A DNA stretch of 63,275 nt, filler included, from Collodictyon triciliatum (GCA_043381765.1; 5 parts of 5 records of this genome joined end to end with filler, not necessarily neighbours in it); one strand, 5' to 3'; positions 32,543-46,500 are shown, counted from the whole stretch's first letter. The notes: generated by a model not told the origin, from the sequence alone. Program-made: numbers and translations.

Positions 32543-33753
32543 GATGACCCATTCTGGCAGGAACGAATCCTCACATGACCTCACAATCATGTCTCCCCCT
32601 TGGTGCCTGTTTTCTGACGCACCTTCGACACCAGCAAATGCTCTTCTTGTGGATATGGACAACACCCAGCCTAAACGTCACTGCAGGGACGGGGTTGCAG
32701 CGCCTTCGCTAGCAGCGCCTTCGCTAGAATCACATGTCGATTGGGTCAATAGCATTCTGGCATCTCCTATCGGGGCCGAGACGGACGACCACTCTCGCTC
32801 AGTTGCTTCCGATAAGCTTGGAGGGACGCCCCCACAGAAGCAGCTGCATGTGAGAAATGTTTAAATAATCATTCAAAATATATTATGCCAATCTAGTTTA
32901 TCACTCAATAAATGATTTAACGTATCATTAACGTTTATTTTATGATCTCATTCAATCTCTCATTCAATCTCTCATTCAATCTCTCATTCAATCTCTCATT
33001 CAATCTCTCATTCAATCTCTCATTCAATCTCTCATTCAATCTCTTATCTAATCTCCCGTTTAACATCGCATCACTGTTTTTTTTTTTTTTGCCGCAAAAA
33101 ATGATTGAAACAGGATCAATCATACAGAGAACCTCATTCAATTCATAAGCTTGCTGGCGAATTACCTTCCAAAAACACAAACAAAGAGGAAATGAAGTCA
33201 CTTACAAATTTGATGAAAGAGCCTAATTGCCTTGCGACTCGCTCTCATGAATCGCATGACTCCAGCGCGCGAAGTTTTGCTGAATTCACCTCTACAATGC
33301 CGCATCCCCGCTCAGAGTTGTCTTCTAGCCCACATCTGAAATCTATGAGACTAATGCCATCCATCACTCTCTCATCCCTGTCTGCAAATATGTATGGATG
33401 CAAAGATATGTCTCCTCTCAGAAGCACAAAAAGCTTCGTCTCTGCCACCAATCCAACATTTCCTTACCCTGAATCTCCAAAAAGCTCTGCGTCAATACCG
33501 CATATGGTGTCCTTGTCATCTATAGTCAACATAGCTAGGCCATTGATGGAGTCGGCTTCACTTTTGGCATCCAATTTCCCTCGTTCGATGCAGATGTCTT
33601 CTTCTTCATGCTCATTCTCCTCTGCGTCCTTGTCTCCATCACCAGACCACTCACACTTGGCTCTCAAGAGGAAATACGAAATATCTTTTTCCAGCACAAA
33701 AGAGCGTGCGTATCGCTATTTTATTACTCGTCCCTTTATTGTCTGTTAGTTAC

Positions 33754-33786
<33 letters not shown>

Positions 33787-33799
33787 AAAAAAATTATTT

Positions 33800-33848
<49 letters not shown>

Positions 33849-34278
33849 TTTACAAAAATTAATTGGATATATGCGTCTATCTAATGTATTATATAAAAAT
33901 AGATAACCAAGCGACATGTAGTCCAACGCCAAAAGCGTTAGGGACAGCAGGCGACCCTTCTCGCATGATCGAAAGAAGGGACAAACTAGGAAGTAAGCAT
34001 TATATTTTTTGGATCATCTTTGTTTATAAATCCCAAAACCAAAGCCCTTAATATGATGCGAGCATATCACAACAACATTGAATTACGCAAACTCACTCAT
34101 GATATCAAATGTAGCCATCATCCTTAAATCGAACATTGGTGTCCAAGAATCCATCAAAAAAATCAATGCGACTGCAACGCATTTTAATTCAGTCAGTGGT
34201 GGCGAAAAAAACAGGTTTTCAAAGGCTTTTGCCTCTCTTAGAATGAACATTACGATGGAAATGCCGCCGCCCTCTTAA
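32543..34278 (+). CDS. Hypothetical Ser/Pro-rich, likely disordered protein, 4 exons
   Basis: Four open segments (about 32543-32849, 33114-33705, 33903-33992, 34116-34278) join in frame at GT-AG sites. No recognisable domain. Confidence 0.55.
32946..33043. repeat. Intronic (TCTCATTCAATC)n 12-mer repeat
   Basis: Read directly. Confidence 0.95.
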
Positions 34279-34793
34279 GTCTTAAAACAACCAAACAACA
34301 CTGAAAGACGAAAAAGTCAACAAAATATCAAATTATCAAGCCACATAGAAGACAACAGAGAGCATAACATAAAAAAAAATACACACGGGAGAAACAAACC
34401 ACCGCAAGAGCATATACGCAGGTCATTCCCAGCCAAAAATCTTTCATCCACCAAGGCTCCCTTTCTTTGCAATCATTTAACACCTTCCTGAATACTTCAA
34501 TTTCTTTTGACGCGCACCTTTTGAAAAAACACGAGGCTCGCATCTTGAAGAACTTCACTGAGAATAAAACACATATTTATTTCTTCAGTCCACGAGTTTC
34601 TCCTATTATCTTACGATATAACAACCACTTCACCTTTTTTCACGTTATGAAGAAGTTGTGGTATGAATCTTGTAGAGCATGGGAAAAGAAAAACTATAAT
34701 TCAGGACCGAGTATTGTTTATGCACAAGGAAAATGAGACTTTTCGCAGGGGCAGAGTCAGGAAGGGGATTCCATAACTTTTCAAGACTTTATT

Positions 34794-35174
34794 TTAGCAA
34801 GGAGGAGGCTTGTGTATTTTGGATTTCGCAAAGTTGATTCTTTTCTCAATATCTTTGGTTTTCTGGTCTTTTTCGCCGTAGCATGCGGAAAATGCATTTT
34901 TTGTTTTTAAAAATGAATCCAAAGCCTCCTGATATTTTCCAAGACGATAGTAGATATTTCCGACCTTATAAAATGCATCTCCTGTATGTACATGGAGATC
35001 TCCAAACAGCTTCAAATAAATCAGTAACGATTTTTGATAATGTTCTAACGCACCCTTGTTTCTATTCAACAAAGTAAAATCCAAAAAAAAAAAAGTAAAC
35101 AAAGTATAAATGAAATCATTCATTATTTCAATATGAACATACGATTGCAACTCTTTTATCCTTCCTGTTGTTTC

Positions 35175-35241
<67 letters not shown>

Positions 35242-35350
35242 TTTTTTTTTNNNNNNNNNNNNNNNNNNNNNNNNNNNNNNNNNNNNNNNNNNNNNNNNNN
35301 NNNNNNNNNNNNNNNNNNNNNNNNNNNNNNNNNNNNNNNNNNNNNNNNNN

Positions 35351-35381
<31 letters not shown>

Positions 35382-38300
35382 CATCTATCTGAATGACTTT
35401 ATATACTTACCGTCCCATAGCCTTATACAAATCTCCGATACTTGTGTAAGAAGTTGCAACGTCCAGGTGATTGTCACCGCATAGTTGGAGCCTTATTTTG
35501 AGTGATTTTTCAAAATAATCCAGGCTTTTCTCATATCTATGATACGCATAAAGCAGAATATGTCATTGAATACTTATGAATCTATTAGTGATTTAAATTT
35601 AAAATAATGGCAAAAATCAATAGAGAAATAGTTAAGACCTCCCACTCTTCAGATGTAAGCCAGCTATGTTATTATATGAGATTATGACATCATTATTCAA
35701 CTCCCCTAGTATCTCAAGGCGAATTTGAAGTGCTTTAATATAGAAATCCAATGTCTCTTCATTTCTAATTCAAAAAAAAAAAAAAAAAACAGAAGGTTAT
35801 GCGTGCTGTGAGTTTAGATAAGCGATGTAATGTTATTGCTACAGTATGCACCAATCTAGATAGATGTAATATATACCTTCCCATCACCTTATACACATCG
35901 CCAATATTGTTATATGAAGTGGCAACATCCAAGTGGATATCACCGCATAATTTGAGCCTTATTTGAAGCGATTTTTCATAATAGTCCAGTGCTTTTTCGT
36001 GTCTATTTAATAAAGATTAAAAAAATTAAAAATGGAAAGGTAGTGACAAATATTTTGGTACATGTTCTTTTCCTTTTTCTTTTTCTTTTTTTTTAAAAAA
36101 AGCATATCCTATCATATATACTTTCCAATTATCTTGAAAATATTCCCGATGTTGTTGAATGATGAAGCAACGTCTAAGTGCATTTCTCCAAACACTTTCA
36201 ATCGAATAGCAAGGGCTTTTTCATAATATTCTAATGTAGTTTCATATCTTTGCGCATATGTAATAATTAATTAAATTTAAACAGTGATACTAAATGGCTG
36301 AATTTTTTTTTTTTTTTTTTTACGAATATGATTTCAAAATGTTTGACAAATCCGAAAACGATAAAATCACAGAAAGACGTCTTACCTTCCAAGATTCTTG
36401 TAAACTAGCCCTATGTTATTATATGAGGTTGCAATACTAGGATGCTCTTCGCTGAAAACATGCAGATATATCCCCATTGATTTTTGATAAAATTCCAATG
36501 CTTTTTCGTGTCTATTTTATTTAAAAATGAATAAGACTAGACTTTGCCAGCCATGATAATTTTGATGGTTTGTATATAATCCAAATTGTTATTACTCTCC
36601 AAGATTTTTGTAAACGCTCCCTATGTTATTGTATGATGTTGCAACATCTGGGTGAATCTCTCCAAATATCTTTAAAGTGATATCCAAGTCTTTCCGATAA
36701 TATTCGAGAGCTTTTTCCATCCTTTGCAAGAATTTAATTAACATGGTTTAAGGCGTGTAACCTTTTTGTTTTTGTTTTTGTTTTTGTTTTATATGTTTGG
36801 TTGCTGTTTTCTTTGAAAAAAGGAAGCTATATATAAAACATACTGCCCAAAATTCTTGTAGAACAAACCGATGCTGTTATATGAAGTCGCTACATCTGGG
36901 TGTAATTCACCAAATACTTTCAACCGAATTTCCAGAGATTTTTGGTAGTATTCAAGAGCCTTGTCATATCTACATGAAGAAATCGAGAGAAAGAATCAAT
37001 GCGTGGAGTCTGCCTTGTTTAACTTTTTCCATCAAAAGAATAATTACCATGCTCCCATCTAAAGAGAATAGGTGCTATCGAATGAAATGGCATATATTGA
37101 TAAAGTAAGAAACATAAAATAATGTACTTTTTTAGGTTTTTATAAAACCCGCCGATGTTGTTGTAAGATGCAGCAACATCAGGATGAACCTCTCCAAAAA
37201 GATTAAGTCTTATTTGAAGAGATTTCTCGTAGTATTCCAGAGCTCTTTCGTGCCTGTAAATTACATTTTTTGCAATTATGAAGCAGACACTTTGATTAAA
37301 CATAAAATAACCTCTCTATCTATCCTTTTTAAAAACCTTTTAAGTTTGGTATGCACAAGTCCTATATTATTATAAGAGGCTGCAATGTCAGGATGCATTT
37401 GGCTGTGGACTACAGAGTATATTTCGAGAGACTTTTGGTAGTTTTCCAGTGCTTGCTCATGTCTAATGNNNNNNNNNNNNNNNNNNNNNNNNNNNNNNNN
37501 NNNNNNNNNNNNNNNNNNNNNNNNNNNNNNNNNNNNNNNNNNNNNNNNNNNNNNNNNNNNNNNNNNNNNNNNNNNNNNNNNNNAAAAAAACGAACCTAAA
37601 TCAGGACACATGAACGAAGCAAGACATAATATCTATATTTGCAATATCGGTGTAGTCGATGTGCTCTACTTTTTACCTTCCAAGGTTTCTATATACATTC
37701 CCAATAAATTGTAGATTTTTTGCCTTAGAACCTAGATGGTGTAACCTTTAGACCAAACCAAATATATAAAAACATATGCAGTAATCAGACAGAATGTAGT
37801 TGAATTAAATAAAGTAGATAGAGACAATCAGTCATTTTGTAAATATGAGAGACCTTCGTCTGCGTGATATTTGATTTTGTGTTCGAGAATTGGAATCAAA
37901 TATTCATTTTCATGAATATCTTGAAAGTAGGTCACAAGTTCATAGCCAATCGGTTCAAGTTTCTATGTAACACATGCATCCGTATGATTTGTTGGAAATA
38001 TGTAAATTAAATTAAATTTAAGTTGAAAGAGTGAAGAAAAAATCCATGAAAAAAAAATCTAAACCTTTGCCATTTCTTGATAAGCTACTTTGTGGTCATA
38101 TCCATTTTTATTCAGCTCTCTCCAACACTGAAAAAATTCAAATCGATAACTACCTCCTAACATAATATGGGCAACCTATGAAACATGCTATGGCTCATTA
38201 GTAAAATAGCTCAATCAATAAGAGTATCAATTGTAGTTCTACATAGTCTTATTCTGATATCAAATTTTAATCCTAACCTTTTCATGACCCAAATATGAAG

Positions 38301-40293
38301 CTAGTTTATCATATTGCTTCGAGGAAAGTAGAGCAAAACATATTTCGGCTATCTCACTTTGGTCGCTGGTAACAGTGCCATATTCTTCCAGTAACCACAA
38401 CCCATACTCCATGATTTCTTGTAGCTTGTACTCAGTATCTTTGAAATAACGTTGCTCGATCGATTGAGTGAGCAACTGATGAAAGAATGCATACCTGAGT
38501 TGAGGTATATGTAGATTAATTTCGCTTCAATAAATGTTAAGCGTTGACATCCTTGCTGTCTCCAACATCGATAATGTACGAATTAGTTTAAATGGGACGA
38601 TATTCGAGAAAAATGAATATTACCTTCCGTTTCTCAAAAAAAGTGAATCGAGAAGGACAAATAAAAGCGTTTTCCTACAGTTATTCATTTAGTGAATGAT
38701 TAGGAAGAGATGATAAAGTAATGTGAGATGATGCTTGAGTCACAAGGGTATACCATGTGGCGTGATTGAAAGGTTGGTTTTCTTTCTCTACTCGAAATTC
38801 TATATATTTGTCTAGTTCATTTTCATTCAGTCCTATCCTTGAGACGAACAAGACGCTAATTGATAACCTGACTAGTTGAGAGCCTGATTGGGCAGTAATT
38901 CGTTTAATGTCAATGTCATAAATAAAGCAGAATAAATAAAGCTCATCAAAGTTGAGGGGTTTATGCTACAGAATAGCACCTTCTAGATATTAGACAAGAC
39001 TGGTAATATATACTTTAAACCGTATTATTACACGGGTAATGAAAGACAGAAATATTAATAGAGTATTTTTGTACTGTATTTGCGTTCCCAGCGGTCCATG
39101 ACGAGATTGAAGAGGTCGACAACTCCTTTAGTTGACAATAGCGTCTTCAATTCCACTTCGATTTTTTCATAAATACCAAACACTCTCAGCTCATCTAATA
39201 TAATTCGCAAGTACAAGGGATGACCTGCATGTGCACATAGCGTCAGTATGTATACCATCATTCATTGTGAGGATAGGGATTTTATGAGTAAAGGTTTTAA
39301 TGAAGATAATTATAGTCCAACCTGTGTCTTGGCGGTCATTCAGAATCATTTGCATTTGATTTTCGTGGAGAGTTTTATTGTATCTGGAGAAAAATGATTT
39401 TGTTGCTTGAACGATTCCATCATCATCAAGCTTGGAGACTGGGACGATGTCGAGTTTGTATGACTCTGCAGCCTGTACAAATAGGAGGTATTAATTACAG
39501 AAACAATTTTCTTTAACAAAAGGAGCACATTAGCTGTTATTTGACAACATAACATGTGACAAGGAGAGTAGGTTTTATGATTAATGATAATGATAATGAT
39601 AATGATAATGATAATGATAATGATAATGATAATGATAATGATAATGATAATGATAATGATAATGATAATAGTTAAAGATATAGTTATAGTTATAGTTATA
39701 GTTGATGTTATAGTAGAAGTTGCAGTTTTAGTTATAAAAAGAAAATGAAAAGAAAATGTAAAAGCAAAAAGTTATTCGAACAACAAAGAGAAAAATTAAA
39801 CAACATAAGTAAAGTGCCTTGTATGATTCATGACGATCAATTGTGGATACGACGATGGACATATTTTTCGGCGTTCTTCTCGGCAACCATTCAAGGCGAT
39901 GTACGTGAGGGTACTGTTGAGAATTAACAAATTGGTTGATGGCGTCAACAACAAGAAGAACCCGCTTGAACCTAGTTTCCAATTCGTTTTAAAACTTGGT
40001 GAAGCACTTTAGATAAAAGAATCATGCTTCGGGTAAATATAATAGAAAATTTCATTTACAGACAACTAATTCAATAAAAAGCCGCCAAACCTGGATACAG
40101 ATGCTAATCGAAGGATGTAATCGAGCCCTTTCTTGATTGCTTCCTTTCCTAATTTTGGGTGGAAAAGCTTACGTACTGTATTTACAAGGTATATCATGAA
40201 TAGCTTTTATTTGGATAACACAGTTATTACTCACACAAAACAGAAAAGAAATGGCGTTCAAATGCTCCTTTGTTTAATTTCATTTTAGAAATG

Positions 40294-40390
<97 letters not shown>

Positions 40391-42839
40391 GTTGTTGTTG
40401 TTGTTTTAAAAAAAGAAACATATAAATCTTACCGTTCTCAGAGACTGGGTCGAAAAGAATTAACTCATTTTCAAAGAATATACGTAACACTCGTTCGACC
40501 ATGCTGTATAGGATTATAAAAATTAAATTTAATACAGACAGTTGATAAAGATGTGACTTAACCTTAGAATTCGCATTTGCTTTCATATTTCAATTGGAAG
40601 ATTGTTTACTTTTCAACATAATTGCTTAGATTTGAACACCCAACAAAATGGTATATGATAATCAAGCTTGAGTCTCTGTCATCATTCAAGTCACGCACAA
40701 GACCGCTCATTATAGTCGACTTTCCTATTCCCGACTCCGCACCAAGCACGGTGATGTATGAACCATCCGTGTCTATCTGCATCCTTAGCTTTTCTTTTAG
40801 CATGTGCAGGATCTTTTCTCTACCTTCCAGACAGATTAAGCGATGTCTCATGAATTGGTCATGCGCATGATCGTCGGAGTGAGCCTTTCATAATAAATTT
40901 ATAATTTAACTGTGCTTTAGATTAATAAAGTATGCTCCTAGCCTGTCTCTCTGACATAAAAAAATCCTTCCATGCTCTATTTTTTCTCAGATTTTTTCTC
41001 ATATCTTTACATATATTCAGATTAATAAAGAAAAAGAAACCTCATTTTTGGGAAAATCTTCATCTATTGATTTAATGAGGACTTCCGTCACCATTTCGAT
41101 AAGTTCTTTTGGCGTTTTGTAAGGATATATATGGAATTTTTCAGCAATCTTCCGCTTCAAACCGTCCTGCTTTAGTTTCTGGAAAGTATAGTTAAGGGGT
41201 GTCCAACTTCAGAGAGCTTCTAGTGGGAAAACAATCAAACTGTAAACTCACATCATTTTCGCTAACAGACCGATAAAGTGCACGCTCCTCATCACTTTCA
41301 GCTACGCACGAAACAGCATATTCCTCATCTCTGGCATAGAAAAAAGCCCTTCGCGCGACAGGTTGGTCTCTCAATGTAGCGTGAACGATCTGTTACATAT
41401 GATTTTTATCAGGATGATAATTTCTGTTTTTTTTTTCAGGTAGGTACGAATGTAGTCCGATTGAGATAAACCTCAGTGGAATTTCACAGTAGCATCTGAG
41501 ATACGTTTAACGTGATTGGTGTAGAATGTATAGTATGGATTCTAATAGAAAAAAAAAACTATATCTCAAAAACCTCATAATCAGTGACGCTAAGACCGCG
41601 TATGTGCTTGAGATAGGGAAACCTCATATCTGTCGTTGGATGCCACTCAGATTCAATCTCGTGGTTTGGTGACCAACCATATCGTGAACCGAGTGTGCAA
41701 AGAAAGTAGGGACATTCATCTATCGCCTCTAAACAACTGGAAACAATCTATGCTCATATTGTTTAACTAATCAGTTTTAGCGATTTATAGATCAAGAAGG
41801 GCTGGGAAAAAAACACGGGAAATAAATCAGTATACTTTTATACATGTAGGAGTTATTTTAAAGCAATAATCTACCAAAATTTTAGAAGTTCGCTCAATAC
41901 ATTATTAGGTACTTACAAGTCCATTTTCTGAAATTTCACTTGTAAGTCCCCACCGAAGATCGACAAATACCAGAACAAGCCCTTTCTTACTTGCATGATC
42001 TTTCAGTCTGCATAAAGAATATATATATATATGAATGGATGGCAGTGTCCGAGAATTTATTTCTACATTGTTATATTTTCATGCAGATAATTTCTGGTTA
42101 TATTTGTCTTATCAATATGTACATATGATAATACTTCAAATATGTTTCGTATTTCTTACTTTTTCTCCGCATTTTTAAAGAACTCATCCCTCTCTCTTTG
42201 CATATCCCTGAACGTAGACGACATGAAGACTCTCAAAAATCGTCCTTCCAGAACAGAAATCCATCGAGCCATTCCGTCCCCATAAGTCGAATCACAAACC
42301 AAGGGCGATACAGAATCTGCATGTGGCGCCCTTGGTAATATCATGGATTTCTCTTGATTCCCTTCGTCATGGCCTCCACTTTGCGTCCTGGTTACTTCTT
42401 CAGAAAAGACTGTATTTGGTGCAGTCATATGGAATACATGTTCAGGCTGATGGAGAACAGCAAGTGTTTGAGCGTCATCATCTTTTTCTGCAGTCCATTT
42501 TAGCGATGGATTTTCTACGTTTGCCTTTGGGGTATCCGGTTCGATATCCCCTTTGATTTTTGAAATGCGAGATTGCATCAACCCTCTTTGATATGAGACA
42601 CATGAGGCTGCGCATCCCCCGCCAATAAGAGAGATTGATACACGTGCTATGCCTCGTTCATCGATAGACAAAGTGAGCTGTTCTGCTCGACTCAATGCCA
42701 GGCTTGTCAATGAATGTAGATTCATTTCCGCTGGAAACACCACCCCATGTAGATACATGGGCTCTGAACGGCTGTTTTCTCGAAATATTGCTTTGTTATT
42801 GTGGACCCATAGGATCCCACTTTTTGTCCTCAGCGACAT
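34794..42839 (-). CDS. DUF4062-NACHT(STAND)-TPR protein, NPHP3/TEP1-like architecture
   Basis: LRVFMSSTFRDMQRERD and VDLRWG (DUF4062-like), GAESGIGKS (Walker A), HFVG, LLVVDAINQ (Walker B), WLP, GHPLYLRIILDELRVFG, FFHQ, then more than 10 42-aa TPR repeats (HPDVATSYNNIG). A short upstream exon near 43039-43151 is possible. Confidence 0.9.
35411..37462 (-). repeat. Array of nine 126-nt exons, each encoding one 42-aa TPR repeat
   Basis: Exons 37337-37462, 37128-37253, 36845-36970, 36596-36721, 36386-36511, 36122-36247, 35877-36002, 35639-35764 and 35411-35536 are each bounded by AG and GT with phase-2 introns. Confidence 0.92.
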
Positions 42840-43293
42840 CGTGGGATTGTTGGAATGGAAGTTCACTTTGGAATAGAAAAGGAAAAGAGAGGAAAAGACC
42901 ATAATATTTTAATATATATAAGAGAGAGAGCAATAACCACGCGAATACTTTGGAATGCCCAGCGCCAGGCATAGGGATTGTTTGTGAACACACAATCCCG
43001 TGCAACTTGAAGGAATACATATGGTGCTGAATCACTTACTGTCTTCCCTCCCGGTTTCCTGGCTCTGCTCTTCTGCGGCTGGCTTTGTCTTTGTGCCATA
43101 CCCAAAAGACCCGCAGAATCTCTCCAGTATACCCAGGCCAGTGCTGCGCATTCAGCCTCGCGCCAAAGGGCAAGAGAAACGATTCGGGGTGCCGAGGCTG
43201 TCTTCTGCGCGCTGGTCTTGGTCTATCTGGTTGCTTCAGCAATAGGCAGCGTGATTTTTTTTTTTTTTTTTTTTTATTCTTCCTTTCAATTTT

Positions 43294-43393
43294 NNNNNNN
43301 NNNNNNNNNNNNNNNNNNNNNNNNNNNNNNNNNNNNNTTAATTAATTAANNNNNNNNNNNNNNNNNNNNNNNNNNNNNNNNNNNNNNNNNNNN
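43294..43393. other. Artificial scaffold linker
   Basis: TTAATTAATTAA at 43338-43349 within Ns. Confidence 0.95.
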
Positions 43394-43593
43394 AAACAAA
43401 AAAAAAAAAACAAAAAAAAAAAAACAAAAAAACAAAACAAAACAAAAAAACGCCGTTGTCAGGCTGCCGACTCTGTGACGGCTGAGGCAACTTTTGCTCC
43501 AGCCTTCCATCATGCTAAACCTGCCGATCCTTTGAAATAGAAAAGCATCCAACTCTCGACGAAGGTCAAAAGAAAACACATCCGGCCAGGACT

Positions 43594-46500
43594 ATGGCTC
43601 AGGTGAATGACTATGTCTTTAATGAAGTTATTGGAAAGGGTTCCTTCGGATGTGTCCACAAAGTGCGTTCAAAGAGTGAGCCTTTGTTTTACTTATCACT
43701 CAAAGTATACTTCCTCCGTTTCATTTTTCTATCACCTAATATAATCCGTGGAAACTTGAGTATTTCATTAATGATGGAAATGATAGTAATGATAATATTA
43801 TTATTAAATATGTAGGTGATAACCAAGAGTATGTTATCAAAGAAGTTGACTTTACAGAGCTTACTCAGGAGCAACAAACAGCAACAACAAACGAGGTACA
43901 TTCTCTTTTGAATTGTATCACTTAATCTTCTCCATGATTCATTTTCACTTATTATTTATTTTAACAATTTATTTAGATCCAATTGCTTTCGTCTCTTGAC
44001 AGTCCCTATATTGTGAAACACGTTAACTCGTTTCTATCCGGTGGGAGTATGTATATCGTAATGGAATACTGCAGACACGGAACACTAGCAGATTACATAA
44101 AGGTACACGCGCTCCAGTTCAATATGATTATTATTCTTTAGCTAGAAGCAAAGCCGGCCACTGTTTGGACATTTTTTATTTTATTTTTTTACTAATAAGT
44201 GAAATACAATATCAAACAGAGCCAGAAGGGAAGATCTCTACCCGAGCCTGTTATATGGAAGGCGTTTCTTCAGGTTCTTCTCGGTTTACAAGGTAACATT
44301 TCATATTCTGGTATACTCTTACTTGTTTTTTCTTTTTTCGATATGAGCTAAATGACATGCATTAAGAAGTATAATAGCATCATTTTCATATGCATTATTG
44401 TATACATCGAATAGAAATCCACTCTAGGAACATCATACACAGAGACATAAAGACGTTGAATATCCTGCTTGATGATGACAACAATGCCAAGATTGCTGAC
44501 TTTGGTATTGCGAAGCGACTCGGAGGGAATTCTGAATATGCACAAACATTTGTTGGAACCCCATTTTATTTGAGTCCTGAACTTATTGATGGACAGCCAT
44601 ACAATGGTATGCAAGCTCAATATTATTTATTCTCTGCCATATCATATTGTAAACAGTTTAATCAAAATAATTCACGTTTGAAAGACTTTGAAATGCTTGC
44701 TCGTTTTTGTTTTTGTTTTGTTTTTGTTTTAGTTTTTGTTTTTGTTTTTGTTTTTGTTTTTGTTTTTGTTTTTGTTTTTGTTTTTGTTTTTGTTTTTGTT
44801 TTTGTTTTTGTTTTTGTTTTTGTTTTTGTTNNNNNNNNNNNNNNNNNNNNNNNNNNNNNNNNNNNNNNNNNNNNNNNNNNNNNNNNNNNNNNNNNNNNNN
44901 NNNNNNNNNNNNNNNNNNNNNNNNNNNNNNTGTTTTTGTTTTTGTTTTTGTTTTTGTTTTTGTTTTTGTTTTTGTTTTTGTTTTTGTTTTTGTTTTTGTT
45001 TTTGTTTTTGTTTTTGTTTTTGTTTTTACTATAAAACCCTTAAACCTCACAGAAAAAGCAGACATATGGGCGCTCGGGTGCTTACTTTACGAGCTGTGTA
45101 CCCAATGTCCACCATTTGAAGCATCAAATCAAGGGGCATTGATAATGAAAATATTGAAAGGAGAATACGCACCAATAAGGTTTCGTGAATGCATCACAAA
45201 ATACATTTAAATAAACTAAACATCATCATAGCAATAATTCATATGGTCGCTTTTCTATAAAAACTTCATGGATTCCCTCCAATTAACTATTCATATTATT
45301 GTATTATTAGCCGTAAATATTCCCACGATCTGTTCGAAACCATCTCTTCGTGTCTTACAAAAGAAGTGCGACTTCGGCCATCCGTTTCTGACTTAATTCA
45401 CCGACCACCCATTTATAACAAAGTAGACGAAAAGCTTCAATGCCTATGTTACATACTTTTCGAATAATTCATATGATTCAAGACTTCATACCTTCACGCT
45501 AAACACTGCGACACGATTATAGATTCAGGAGCTAGGCCTTAAATTACCGCCATCAGAATCGCACGACCCAAAAGCCATCCCAAGACGACGGCGCAGAACA
45601 CCAAGCAATTCATCGTCCATGTCCCCAGACATATCGCATGGGTATTGACAAATCATATCTCTTAAAACTTCATCATAACATTGGGCGTTGATGAACAATA
45701 AATGATTTTCCTTTTTCTTCTTTTTCTTCTTTTTCTTCTTTTTCTTCTTTTTCTTCTTTTTCTTCCTTTTCTTCCTTTTCTTCCTTTTCTTCCTTTTCTT
45801 CCTTTTCTTCCTTTTCTTCCTTTTCTTCCTTTTCTTTTCCCTGTAAATAAAAACAATGGAAGCATGAATTTTGACTGAAAAAAAAAAACGTGTTCAGGCA
45901 TCCTCCACAGCATGGGTTTGTGGGAAACTCGACCCCTGTCATAGGCCACTTGCGCGCATCTTTTGACAGAGAGTTGAGAACAAATGACCACACACTTCCT
46001 CCGATGTCGTCTGCCAGCATCCCGCCCCTCCCTCTCCGCCAAGCTAATGCTCACCCACTCACACACGATTTGCCCCAGGTATTGGATACCCCAAAAAATA
46101 TGTCCATATTTTATCAAATACATAATGTCCATTACCTGGGACATGCTTGTAAAATATAATAACAGATTCAAAGATTTTTGTTGCTTTACATCGACTTATA
46201 TGACTCTTTGACGAAGACAAATATTGAAAGTTGACAAAAAAGAATAACGAAGAAAAAGACCATATTCAGTGGGTCTATTTATGCCAATTTTTAACTTTTT
46301 TTTTTTTTATTGTATTATTCATATTAAAGTACCACTTCAGCACACATCAACACGGACCACCACCTTTGTATCCAGGCAGCCAAGGTCACGCTCACACAGG
46401 CGCATCTGCTTCACCAAACATGATTCGAACGTCTCTATCAGGAGACATCGCCGAAATGCGCTCATCACTTGAATTCCGTCCTTCGTCGCATCGACCGCCT

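Noticed and set aside
35411-37462. Regularly spaced repeats resembling a CRISPR array
   Set aside because: The repeats are 126-nt protein-coding TPR exons separated by GT-AG introns, and there are no cas genes.
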